Source: a virus
IMG/VR virus record: IMGVR_UViG_3300045988_028709
Coordinates: 1 to 42,008 of that record
Reading direction: 5' to 3' (one strand)
Length of the DNA stretch: 42,008 bases
The translations under genes and the position numbers were made by a program. The notes below the pieces were generated by a model. That model had not been told where the DNA came from and did no database searches. It saw nothing but the letters and a program-made list of their open reading frames with translations. Below, in pieces: positions 1-9,522 of the stretch (its first letter is position 1; each line of letters starts with the position of its first letter).

Positions 1-119
1 CTGCGGCACCCTGCGGGGCCGCAGGTGGGTATCCGTAGGGGCTTCCGTACCCCTGATAGGGATTCGCAAAATAATTCATAGCGCACCTCCTTTTTCTGCC
101 TTTATGGTACAAAAAAAGA
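1..119. repeat. Terminal direct repeat, identical to 41890-42008 (circular-assembly overlap or terminal redundancy)
   Basis: Base-by-base comparison of nt 1-119 with 41890-42008 shows identity. Nt 1-79 duplicate the 5' part of the - strand gene 41585-41968. Confidence 0.95.
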
Positions 120-157
120 ACCCAAACAAACGGCCTGAAAAAGGTCTTTGTTTGGGT
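110..157 (-). terminator. Rho-independent terminator after the sigma-like gene
   Basis: On the - strand an 11-bp stem (120-130 ACCCAAACAAA pairs with 147-157) with extra inner pairs is followed by UCUUUUUUUG (110-119). It lies 6 nt after the stop at 164. Confidence 0.7.
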
Positions 158-163
158 CCTTGT

Positions 164-403
164 TTATGAGTGCTTAACGCCGTCCAAAATCTTGGAGTAG
201 GCCCGCCGTCTGCATTTCTTGATGTACTCTGGAGATACGTTCATTTGCCCGGAAACCTGCGTGTAAGACTGCCGCCGGACGTCGATCTGAACAAGGCAGT
301 ATTCCTCGTCTGTCGGCAGCTCAAAGGATTGAATATACGCCTCCGCCCGCTTGGGGGCCATGCCGGATAGCATGGCCCGCAGCGCCTTATGCTCACTGTT
401 CAT
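164..403 (-). CDS. Small sigma-70 region-4-like HTH regulator
   Basis: 79-aa ORF. LPTDEEYCLVQIDVRRQSYTQVSGQMNVSPEYIKKCRRRAYSKI follows the sigma-70 region 4.2 / LuxR-type HTH pattern. No clear SD, so the start is uncertain. Confidence 0.5.
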   Translation of the reverse strand: MNSEHKALRAMLSGMAPKRAEAYIQSFELPTDEEYCLVQIDVRRQSYTQVSGQMNVSPEYIKKCRRRAYSKILDGVKHS

Positions 404-470
404 GCTCGCAGTTTCAGCTTGCAGAACGGGATATCCCGTGGGCGTTTCCGCCGCCTCACATCTCCTTTCG

Positions 471-3400
471 TTATTTCCCGGCCAAACGGGCGTTCTTCCG
501 AACTTTCTCGTTTACAAGCGCCTTGTTGTAATGCCGGATGCTTTTGCCTACCCCCAGATACTCAAAAAGTGCGTTCCGCTGCTTCTCACTCAAACCGGGC
601 ATATTGTACACCGCCTGCATGATCAGCAGCCCCTTGCTGTTGGGGATCGTCTCCCCGCTTCTGTCCTTGACGCTTTCCAGATCGGATACCTGCGTTTTCA
701 GCGCCACATAAATTTCCGGCTTAATGCCGTACTTCTTCTGTGCCTCCTGCGCATTCAACACCCACTTGTTCGTGATCTCATAGGTTTTGTCCGTCTCGTG
801 CAGTGCCGTCTTTTTGGCGTAGGTCTCCGCGCTGGACAGGGCCTTGTCTTTCTGCTCGTCAGTGAAGGCCATGAACACCGGGCTGTCCTCCAACCCGGAT
901 TCCATGGAGCTGTAAAGCTCGGACTTCCTGCGGCTGTATACGATGTAGTCATCGGAGCTGAGATCATTTTCCGTAAATTTGTCCTCGCCCTCGCCGGTGC
1001 CGTACCGGTCTTTCACACCGATCAGACTTGCAGCCGCGTCTGGGAGCCTGAAATCCTCATCGTTTTCCCGTTCCTTGTCCAGCTTGCTCCGCATACTGCT
1101 GTCAACGGAGCTGTTGTCCAGCGCCATGAAGTCTTTCAGCTCTTTGCGGATGTGTTCATAGGTGGTCAGGTCTCCCTGCTCCAGCGCCTTGAACGCCAGA
1201 TTCAGGTATCGGCTTTTGTTTGTGGTGCTGTAAATATTGTATGTGAATTTCTCAAATTCATATTCCAGCGCCACGCTGCCGGTAGCTTGAACAGCCGTCC
1301 GGACTGCCGCCATTGCGTCCCGCTTGATGTTGGCCACCGGAAGGCCGAAAAGCTTAGAACAAGCTGCAAACATATTTGTCAGCGCTTCTTCTCTGGTCTT
1401 TTTGCCGCTGCCGCCCATGCTTGCGGTGAAATCTTTAGAGGCAGATACAATGTCAGAAAACACCTGCATGTCCGTCCGGGATACGCTGTACCCCTGCGTC
1501 AGGGAAAGAATATCCTTTACAAACGGGATGCTTCCCAGCTTGTTGATGTTGCTCCCAAGGTTTCCTTCCAAAACAATATGCTGCAGCAGCTCCTTGGTGG
1601 TCTTCTCACCGCCGGTAATGCCGGTCAGTGCCGTCAGGAACTTCTCCCAATAATCCTTGTCCGGATCATCGTCACGCCCTGCGTCTGCGATGCTCTGGGC
1701 CAGTGCGTTAACTACGTCCGTCACCAGCAAAGCAGCAGCCGCACGTCCCACGGTTTTAATGGCCTTGCTCCGCTTGGCAGGGTTCTCTTCATAGCGCATA
1801 TTGTCCCATGCCCGCATGAACACGTTCAGGCTCATGATGGGTTCGCCCATGAACGAGGTCGCCTGCTTGGCAAGGTCGCTCTTGCCGCGCATGATGTTGG
1901 AACGCTGCAAAATGCCGTCTACCACCTGCGTCTGGTCGATCATGTTAGTAAACACTTCATTGACCGCGCTGTAAAATTCACCGCTGCCAGCCCGCAGATT
2001 AGGTCTCTCCCGCTTCACCTGCCACTCGCAGGCGTTCCAGAGCGCGCCCCAGGTAACGGCATCCGCTTTCCCTGCGGGAGCGCCAGCCTTGTCATTGATC
2101 TTGTTGGCGATGCCCTCCTTGCCGTAAAAACGGTCATTCAGGGTATAGGGGGAGGAAATGTCAAAGCTGCCCACGTCCTTCCGCATGGCAATAGGGGAAT
2201 GCGTCAAAGCCTTTTCCCAGCCGTTTCCCTTCGTAACGCCGCCGGTCAGGCCTCTTGCCATGTCAGCAGGATCCAATACGGCGGATGCCCGGAAAAAGGC
2301 GGACGGCTGCTGGATGACCACACGCACGTTCGCACCGACGGCAGCGCCCTTAAAGCTCCCGATGCCTTTTGCGAATTTATCCGTAAGCGGTTCAAAATCC
2401 TTGGTCTTGATGCCGTTCTGGATGTCGCCCATTAACTTCTGCCAGTACTGCTGAGATCCCTGTCCGCCCTTATCTTCCAGGAAGCCCTTTACGGTCTGAA
2501 CGAGATTGCCTTCACTGTCCCGGAACTGGAAGTTGTACAGCCGATTCGCGTCCTCCATGGGACACAGCCACGCTGCGTAGTCGATCATATCGGATGCGTG
2601 GTCCGCGAAGGTGTCAAACACCCCTCGGATGCTCAACGGCGTCGCCGCGTTGGGTTTTACAGCCTGCGCCATGCCGATATTCTTAATGGAGCGCACATTC
2701 CCGCTATCCTTCTCCTGCGAGCTGTGCAGTGCTTCCTTTGCGGATTTGATGGGCCAGTAGTCCTGCTCCGTGAATTTCTTATAGCCGTAGGCTTTCATGC
2801 TGGCCTCGTTGCCGTAGTTGGCAAGAACACCGGTGGTCAGCTTCTGCAAACCGTCCGCAATCCTGATCTGCTCCGGGGTCAAAACCTTCACAATGGACTG
2901 AATATCCTCTGCGGAAAGATGGATCACGTCCGTTCCTCTGGGGGTTTTGGTCTTGCCGGGAATCTTGATCTCCGGCTGCACGATGCCGCCTTTCAGCAGG
3001 TGGTCCTCCGCCTGCTTGCGTTCACTCAGAAGATACAGCTCCATGGCCTGTGCCGTGGTCAGGTCCAGCTCATGGCCTTCCGTTGTGGTGAAATGGTGGA
3101 CTTCCTCATTCATGGACGTTACCGCGTTTTCGCGGATGCCGGTTTTCGCGTCGCCCAGAATCTGGTGAACCTTCTCCGCCACATCCCGTGCCATGATCTC
3201 CTGATGGTCCTGCGCGTTCCGCAGCATCCGGTAAATGTCCTTTCCGGTCTGCCCGAAGTGGGCAAAGAACGTATAAGGCGTTTCCAGACTGATCGTCACG
3301 TTGTTTCCCAGTTTCCGCCGCCGGGTCATGCCGTCCATGCGGAGCGCATCGGCAAACTGCTTGGTGGTCTCGAATTTCTCCGACGCCAGCGTCTTGCCTG

Positions 3401-6400
3401 CCGTGGTTACGGAATGCTCCACGGATTTCAGCACGTTCCACATGGTTTTCAGCTGCTCTGTGGTCAGGTCCGCAAGGCGGGTGTCACCCATCTTGATGAC
3501 CTCGCTGAATCCACCGGTCACATCGTCGCCGCCCAGAAGAGACGGGTCCACCACCATATCGCCATCCTGGGCGATCTTCTGATACTGCTCCTTCAAATTC
3601 TGGAACGCCACCGTCCGGTTCGTCGGCGTGCCCGGTTCCTTGTAAATACGTTCCTTTGTCACAGGGTCCAGCGTAAAGGACCGTGCATTGGGGCTGCTCT
3701 CCTGATTGATGCTTTCCAGCACCTTTGCCACGGCGGAGCGCATATCCTCCGGAATGTGCTGGTTGTCCGTGGGCCGCAGCAGCTTTTGGGACAATGCGCT
3801 GGCATGGCGCACGATCTTAGCCCGCAGTTCTCTCCGCTTCTGATTGTCCCGCCGGGTCACGTCCTTCTCCCGGTAACGCTCCTTCAATGCCTGCACCTGC
3901 TCCGCACGCCGGGTCCGTTCCTTTGCCAATGCCTGCGCCGTGCTTCTTAGACGCTTTGCGTCCTGTCTGCCCTGGGCCATCTGCCCTGCCAAAAAGGCGT
4001 CATTTGCCGCCTGCCTGCCCTGAAATCTGGCTTCCTGCACCTGCTCCGCTGCTCGGTCTGCAAAGGTCTTTTTTGTCTGGGACAGGTCAAAGAACCGGTC
4101 CATAATGTCATTGGAAATAGACGCCACGGCCTGTCCCATGTAGCCTTCAAAGGGGTTGTACTCCGTCACCTTGTACAGCCGGTTCGCCACGTCCGCGATC
4201 CGCTGCACCTGGTCGGAGATGTTGGTATCCTGTGCCTCGTTGAAAAACTCCGGATACTGGTTGGACAGTTCGGAATAGATCTGGTCAACATTGGTGTGTT
4301 CGCCCTTGCTGATTTTCAGCTTGCCGAACAAGCTCTTGCGAAACTCGTTGAAGTCCGTGATCTCGGCGGCATCCGCTTCCGTCAGCGTCAGCTTGGTGTC
4401 TTTCAGATACTTCCGCAGACCGGCGTATTCCTTGTATGCCCGATCGTCCACCTCTACGGCGCTTTCTGCGATCCGCTCCGCAATGGCATCAGACCGTCTC
4501 CGCGCCTCTGCATAGGTCAGCTCGTCTTTGCCGTCCTTGCCGCTGGCAATGTAGTCATACAGACTTTGCAGATCCCCGGCAATCTCGCTGCCGCTAATCT
4601 CCGCGCCGTAGTCCTTTACCAGTGCATCCGCCGCCTTCTGAACGGATTTCCGGTCGGTGGTCACGCCCTGAGACCGTCTGGTCTGGCCCTTCCAGTACTC
4701 CACCCGCTCTTTCAGGATCTCGTTCTCCCGTTTCAGCGCCGCAATCTCCTGCGCGTTCTCCGTGCCCTTTAGGGAAAATTTTGCGTCATCCACGCTGTTG
4801 ACCTTCGCAAGCCGGTCCGCCTCGTCTCCGGCGATATATTCCACCGTGTTGACACCGGCATCCTGCAATGCGGCTTTCAGCTGGTCACTACTGTTGTCCG
4901 GGATCACCGCTGCCAATACCTCGTCAAACCCAACAGCACGCTGGGGCTTGGCTTCAAAGTATTCCGTCGGCAGCGCAGCCGCAGCTTTGTACAATTCCTG
5001 GATCTGCTTTGCGGTCACGTTGCTGATCTTGTAGCCTTCGTTTGCAAACGTCCGCATAATGGAATCAATGGTGCGTTTGCTCCTTGCAGCCTCCATCAGC
5101 ACGGTGCCGATGATCTCGCCCTCTTCAAAGGAATTGTCGGTATGGGCTTTGGTTGTCTGCATGATCCTCTGTGTGACGGCGCGGATCTTATCCTCCACTG
5201 CGCCCATCTGCGCTTTATAGCTGTCCGTTTCCACGGAACCCAGACGCCCGCTGTCATCCCGGATTTCCTGAATGGTCCGGTAAGAAGGCACCGCGCTTGC
5301 CTGCAAGCCTCCGGCAGTCACGCCGGATACCTGTCCGCCACGTTCCTCCTGGGTTTCCTGCATGGCCTTTACAATGTTTTCCAGCGTGTAGCTGTAATGG
5401 GTCTGGTTGAAGCTGCGGCGATTGCCAGAAGACGTGTACGGGTCCTTTCCGTTGTTGATGCCAGGTTCACCAAAGACACCGGTGAGCTGCTTTTCGACCC
5501 AGCCCTTCACGTCCTCGCCGTCAGTCATTTCGTGCAGCTTGTCCTGTGTGCCCCAGCGGTCGATCTCGCCCTTGGTTGCCCCGCCGTCCTGATAGTAGTC
5601 CCATGCGTGACGGGCAAGGCTTTCCAGCGTAAACGGGCTGACGTTTTCCATGCTCTTTTCAATGCGGGCATTTCGCTTCTCGGCAATTTCTTCCTGCGTC
5701 CAGCCTCGCTTTTGGGCCATTCTTTGTAAAATCGCCTCGCCCATGTCCCGGTAATAGTCCCGCAGAATATTCCGGAGCCGTTCCGCATCCTCCCCCAATG
5801 CGGTCTCCACGGACTGCCCCAGTTCAAAATTGGCGTTGATCTCTGCAAGACGCTGTACGCCGATTTCGTCCAGCACGGTCCGCACGGTATCATTTCCGTA
5901 CCTGTCCCACACCTTGTCCTGATAAACCGGTTTCAGTTCTTTCCCGTGGGCCTCCAGATACGCGGCTCTCACCGCGTCATCCCTTGCGAGGATCTCCGCC
6001 GCTTTGATGGGAGAATCTGTGCTGACTTCCTCAATGCCGTGACTTCTCAGTACGCTGCTGCTGGCAAAAATGCCGTTGGCAACTTTCTTGGAAAGCTCGT
6101 TGATCCTGCCCTCCACAGCCAGCGCAGCTTTTGCATTCACCGGGTATTCCACGCCGGGATTAGTGGGTGTATAAGCGTCGCCGCCGTATACTTTGTTCCG
6201 GCTGTCCGCCTGTGGGTCAATGGTGGTCTTGTTGAACAACAGGGAAATGGGGCCGTATTTGCTGTGTCCTGCCTTTGCCTTGACCACGGCAATAGACGGC
6301 ATAGGCAGCCCGCCCAGTTTCAATGCGGCCATAATGCTGGCCTCGTCCTTGTTGTGAACGGCAATCAGCTTGTCCGTTTCCTCAACGGGGGTTTTCAGAG

Positions 6401-9400
6401 AAAAGCGGGTGCTTTCTTTCGCCTTTTTTTGGTTGTCAGCCTTAAACCGCTCATGCAGTTCATTCAGTTCTTTGACGTAGGCAGAAAAGTCATAAAAGGC
6501 TGTGTTAAGAATTTCATTCAGCCCGCCCATATTCCCAGAACTGATGTGCCCATACAACGTCGCGTTCAGTTCGTCATATAGATTGATCCGCTCCGTCTCG
6601 CTCAAAGAAGTATTAAGCGGGTCAATTCCTCTGTGTTTCGCTGTGTGTTCCAGCAGAATGCGGGCTTCAAGTGTAGACATATCCAGCATATCCGGGGTTT
6701 TGGACACAAAGTCAAGGTAAGGCGTATAACCCACCTGCTTCATAACGTGTGTAATTTCGTGGGTGGCGTACATCCCCCGATTCTGCTCAGGCATGGTCTC
6801 CCGGAAATAGATTTGTCCACCGGCAGAAAATGCCGGGGCATTGCCCTTATTCTTGGCCCACGCCGCGTCATCCACAACAAAACTCGGCACACCGTAGTCT
6901 GCCGCTGTTTGCTGTTCTGTATAGGCCACGCTGCCCTGAGACGGTCTCACAATGTGGCCCTCAGCCCAGGAGCGCACAGGCTTCTGCCCGAAAGAGGCGT
7001 TTAATCCTCCCCGCCCTCGCCAAAGTACAGCGTCTCCTCGAAGAATTTCCCCAGCAGATTCTTGTACCGCTCGGTTTCCTTCTCGGTTTTGTTCGGCTTC
7101 TTGCGCAAAACTTCCATCTCCTTGCGCTCTTTCTCGTCCATCGTCCACGCCCTCCTTCACAGCATATCTTGTTTCGCTGATTGTACCATTTGTCTGCCGG
7201 TTCTGCAAGCTTTCCGCCTGCTTGCTGGCCGCTTCAAATGCCGCCTGCAGCTTGCCCTCCACCGTCTGGGCCTGCCGCTTGGCTCTGCCGGTCAGCTTGC
7301 CCACGATCTCATGAATGGCGTCACGCAGCTTTTGCAGCAGCGTCCGGTCGGTGCTGTGCTTCCGGATGAAATCGTCCAGCACGTCGCTGTTGGCGATCAT
7401 CTCACCGGCATAGTTGGCGGTAGCCTCGTCCAATGCCTGTTCGTAGCTGGTTTCAACGCCCGCCCGGTTGTACTGGTCAAGCAGGATGTTCGCCGCTTCC
7501 TGCACGTCTGGAATACTGGCCACGGCATCCCGGAACGCCCGGTACTGCTCCGGGGCCAGCTCCTGTACACGGTGGGTCCACTCGTGGCCTACCACCTGCA
7601 AAGCAGGGTCCACCGCGTCCTTTGCGATCAGAACGTCGCTGCCGGTAATCTGACCGTTTGCGCTTCCGCCCAGCACCTGATCCACCATCCGCGTCCGCAC
7701 GCCCAATGCTTTTGACACGGTGTTCACCTCGTCGGCAACAGCGCTGTCCATTTCACGGGAAACATAATCGTCGAACACAAGGCCGCTGTCCGTTCCGGCG
7801 GTCTTGGCAAACTGCGCCGCCCGCTTCTCTCTTGCAAGAGACGCCGCCGCGTCATTCTGCCCTGCCGCATACGCCGCAAAGGATACCGCGCTGGTACTGT
7901 TGGGGTTCTTCTGGTTGGTCATGCCTGCGTGATACGCCCGCAGAAATTCCCCGGCGTAGTCCCCACGGTCCGTCCCCTGATACGCCGTCTGAAACGCCTT
8001 CCTGCCACTGTCCCCCAGCTTGTCTGCAATACCGGTAAAGGTTTTCTGCACGGCGGCTTCTCGCTGCCGCAAGGCCTGTTCCTCCATGGAAACGGGATTG
8101 CTCACAGTCTGCCGCTGAACGGCTTCTTGAATGGCCCTCTGCGCACCCTCCTGCTGGGTCTGTGCGTTCGTTTGTGCGGGGGTGGTACGTGTACCCTCCT
8201 GAACGTCTGCGCGCTCCTGTGCGCCCTGCTGTGCGGTTCCCAGATCATAGCGGTATGTATTGGGGCTGACAAGCCCGCCCATTGCACCGGACGTGGCTCC
8301 AACCAGAAAGTCATACAGGGAGTTGGAAAGGGTTTCCTGTGCCGTAGCCACATCGCCGCCGTAAATGCGGGGCAGCTGCCATTCCATCCAATCACCGATG
8401 AACTCTTCCAAGCCCTCGCCAACCGCTCCGGCTCCGAAAGTCAGCGCCGATCCCAGCGCCTTTTTACCGGCTTCTGTTTTGGCAAATTTGTCTACTGCAC
8501 TGCGGATGCCGCGTTTTACCACATCATCCAGCGCACCGCCGCCGTATGCCTTTGCGAAGGGCATTGCGATGTTGAACATCTTTTCGGTGAAAACCTCTTT
8601 CGCGGCAGATGCCGTACCGTACAAAAGCTGCCCCTTGTAATCCGCGCCGTCCTGACGTGCCTGCTGGGTAGCCCCGCCGAAGGCGCGCACCGCAAACGGA
8701 GCCATGCCCAGCGCGCCGCCCGTCAGAATGCTGGGGATCGCGTCAAGACCGGTCTGTGTCATGGATGCGCCTGCGTCTACAAGCATGTTGCCAAGGAACC
8801 CTGCGCCTTCTTTTGCCCGCTCCAAATCAGCCTGCGCGCTTCCGGCAAGCTCGTCCGCCTTCCGGTATGCCTGATCGGCCACTGCCTTGTCGGACTGCTC
8901 CACCGCTTTGGTGTAGCTCTCATGGGCTGCGATCCGGCGTTTTGCGGCAGAAAGGTATTTCTGCACCTGCTGTACGTCCACCGCCGTCATGGGCTTGCCG
9001 TCGGCCCACTTTACGTCCCGTAGCATCTTTTCATACTGCTTCACCGCGTCATAATCGCTTTGCAGAGCCGCTCCGGCGTTCTGATTGGCGATTCTGGTAT
9101 TCAGGTAGCCAGCGCCCTCAGCCAGTACGCCACCTACGTTGGTATACGCCGCCGCAGACGATTTCGCACCGCCCTTAATAGTGTTCGTTACGCGGTCCGC
9201 AAAGGAAGGCGTATTGCCGGTATCACGCGGCTCCCGCTTTTGAATGTCCTGCAGCAGGCGGCTGTTTGCCGTGTTCTTCCGACCAACATTGTCCATAGGC
9301 AGGCCGCTCTGCTTCTTTGCAGGAGCCGTCGCAGGTGTAGTTTTCTTCTGTGGAGAGGCCCCCGCAGCGGGGGCGCTCTCCGGTTTATTAAAGTGGCTCC

Positions 9401-9512
9401 GATTCAGCTTCTGTACAGTTTTCACCGCGCCGGACGTGTCTTTCTTGTTCGTGCCTGTTGCCGTTTTGCGATTGCCTGTTCCGAAATAAGACCGATCCAG
9501 TTTTTGTGCCAT
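471..9512 (-). CDS. Giant 3,013-aa multidomain (polyvalent-type) putative virion/ejected protein with two zincin HExxH motifs
   Basis: Uninterrupted 9,042-nt ORF with AGGAGG 6 nt before the ATG at 9512. GHEWTH is encoded at 7572-7586 and THEITH at 6747-6761. It has a basic low-complexity N-terminus, a Gly/Ala-rich hydrophobic segment (aa ~230-420), an HN..GGLPMPSIAV module (aa ~1050-1080) and long coiled-coil stretches. Confidence 0.85.
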   Translation of the reverse strand: MAQKLDRSYFGTGNRKTATGTNKKDTSGAVKTVQKLNRSHFNKPESAPAAGASPQKKTTPATAPAKKQSGLPMDNVGRKNTANSRLLQDIQKREPRDTGNTPSFADRVTNTIKGGAKSSAAAYTNVGGVLAEGAGYLNTRIANQNAGAALQSDYDAVKQYEKMLRDVKWADGKPMTAVDVQQVQKYLSAAKRRIAAHESYTKAVEQSDKAVADQAYRKADELAGSAQADLERAKEGAGFLGNMLVDAGASMTQTGLDAIPSILTGGALGMAPFAVRAFGGATQQARQDGADYKGQLLYGTASAAKEVFTEKMFNIAMPFAKAYGGGALDDVVKRGIRSAVDKFAKTEAGKKALGSALTFGAGAVGEGLEEFIGDWMEWQLPRIYGGDVATAQETLSNSLYDFLVGATSGAMGGLVSPNTYRYDLGTAQQGAQERADVQEGTRTTPAQTNAQTQQEGAQRAIQEAVQRQTVSNPVSMEEQALRQREAAVQKTFTGIADKLGDSGRKAFQTAYQGTDRGDYAGEFLRAYHAGMTNQKNPNSTSAVSFAAYAAGQNDAAASLAREKRAAQFAKTAGTDSGLVFDDYVSREMDSAVADEVNTVSKALGVRTRMVDQVLGGSANGQITGSDVLIAKDAVDPALQVVGHEWTHRVQELAPEQYRAFRDAVASIPDVQEAANILLDQYNRAGVETSYEQALDEATANYAGEMIANSDVLDDFIRKHSTDRTLLQKLRDAIHEIVGKLTGRAKRQAQTVEGKLQAAFEAASKQAESLQNRQTNGTISETRYAVKEGVDDGRERAQGDGSFAQEAEQNREGNRAVQESAGEILRGDAVLWRGRGGLNASFGQKPVRSWAEGHIVRPSQGSVAYTEQQTAADYGVPSFVVDDAAWAKNKGNAPAFSAGGQIYFRETMPEQNRGMYATHEITHVMKQVGYTPYLDFVSKTPDMLDMSTLEARILLEHTAKHRGIDPLNTSLSETERINLYDELNATLYGHISSGNMGGLNEILNTAFYDFSAYVKELNELHERFKADNQKKAKESTRFSLKTPVEETDKLIAVHNKDEASIMAALKLGGLPMPSIAVVKAKAGHSKYGPISLLFNKTTIDPQADSRNKVYGGDAYTPTNPGVEYPVNAKAALAVEGRINELSKKVANGIFASSSVLRSHGIEEVSTDSPIKAAEILARDDAVRAAYLEAHGKELKPVYQDKVWDRYGNDTVRTVLDEIGVQRLAEINANFELGQSVETALGEDAERLRNILRDYYRDMGEAILQRMAQKRGWTQEEIAEKRNARIEKSMENVSPFTLESLARHAWDYYQDGGATKGEIDRWGTQDKLHEMTDGEDVKGWVEKQLTGVFGEPGINNGKDPYTSSGNRRSFNQTHYSYTLENIVKAMQETQEERGGQVSGVTAGGLQASAVPSYRTIQEIRDDSGRLGSVETDSYKAQMGAVEDKIRAVTQRIMQTTKAHTDNSFEEGEIIGTVLMEAARSKRTIDSIMRTFANEGYKISNVTAKQIQELYKAAAALPTEYFEAKPQRAVGFDEVLAAVIPDNSSDQLKAALQDAGVNTVEYIAGDEADRLAKVNSVDDAKFSLKGTENAQEIAALKRENEILKERVEYWKGQTRRSQGVTTDRKSVQKAADALVKDYGAEISGSEIAGDLQSLYDYIASGKDGKDELTYAEARRRSDAIAERIAESAVEVDDRAYKEYAGLRKYLKDTKLTLTEADAAEITDFNEFRKSLFGKLKISKGEHTNVDQIYSELSNQYPEFFNEAQDTNISDQVQRIADVANRLYKVTEYNPFEGYMGQAVASISNDIMDRFFDLSQTKKTFADRAAEQVQEARFQGRQAANDAFLAGQMAQGRQDAKRLRSTAQALAKERTRRAEQVQALKERYREKDVTRRDNQKRRELRAKIVRHASALSQKLLRPTDNQHIPEDMRSAVAKVLESINQESSPNARSFTLDPVTKERIYKEPGTPTNRTVAFQNLKEQYQKIAQDGDMVVDPSLLGGDDVTGGFSEVIKMGDTRLADLTTEQLKTMWNVLKSVEHSVTTAGKTLASEKFETTKQFADALRMDGMTRRRKLGNNVTISLETPYTFFAHFGQTGKDIYRMLRNAQDHQEIMARDVAEKVHQILGDAKTGIRENAVTSMNEEVHHFTTTEGHELDLTTAQAMELYLLSERKQAEDHLLKGGIVQPEIKIPGKTKTPRGTDVIHLSAEDIQSIVKVLTPEQIRIADGLQKLTTGVLANYGNEASMKAYGYKKFTEQDYWPIKSAKEALHSSQEKDSGNVRSIKNIGMAQAVKPNAATPLSIRGVFDTFADHASDMIDYAAWLCPMEDANRLYNFQFRDSEGNLVQTVKGFLEDKGGQGSQQYWQKLMGDIQNGIKTKDFEPLTDKFAKGIGSFKGAAVGANVRVVIQQPSAFFRASAVLDPADMARGLTGGVTKGNGWEKALTHSPIAMRKDVGSFDISSPYTLNDRFYGKEGIANKINDKAGAPAGKADAVTWGALWNACEWQVKRERPNLRAGSGEFYSAVNEVFTNMIDQTQVVDGILQRSNIMRGKSDLAKQATSFMGEPIMSLNVFMRAWDNMRYEENPAKRSKAIKTVGRAAAALLVTDVVNALAQSIADAGRDDDPDKDYWEKFLTALTGITGGEKTTKELLQHIVLEGNLGSNINKLGSIPFVKDILSLTQGYSVSRTDMQVFSDIVSASKDFTASMGGSGKKTREEALTNMFAACSKLFGLPVANIKRDAMAAVRTAVQATGSVALEYEFEKFTYNIYSTTNKSRYLNLAFKALEQGDLTTYEHIRKELKDFMALDNSSVDSSMRSKLDKERENDEDFRLPDAAASLIGVKDRYGTGEGEDKFTENDLSSDDYIVYSRRKSELYSSMESGLEDSPVFMAFTDEQKDKALSSAETYAKKTALHETDKTYEITNKWVLNAQEAQKKYGIKPEIYVALKTQVSDLESVKDRSGETIPNSKGLLIMQAVYNMPGLSEKQRNALFEYLGVGKSIRHYNKALVNEKVRKNARLAGK

Positions 9513-9522
9513 ATCACGCCTC

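Noticed and set aside
351-9023. Long + strand ORFs opposite the giant gene (for example 351-2435 at 694 aa, 2598-3950 at 450 aa, 7929-9023 at 364 aa)
   Set aside because: They are antisense shadows of a GC-rich 9-kb ORF. Their translations are Arg/Leu/His/Cys-rich with no RBS and no recognisable domains, and the - strand frame is uninterrupted and domain-bearing.
471-9512. Giant protein as a virion RNA polymerase (N4 or crAss-type) or a conventional tape measure
   Set aside because: I found no DxDGD-type catalytic motif; the only DGD is in AQDGD. At 3,013 aa with two peptidase-like motifs and no tail tube gene, it does not fit an ordinary tape measure. A dual role remains possible and is left as a hypothesis in the findings.
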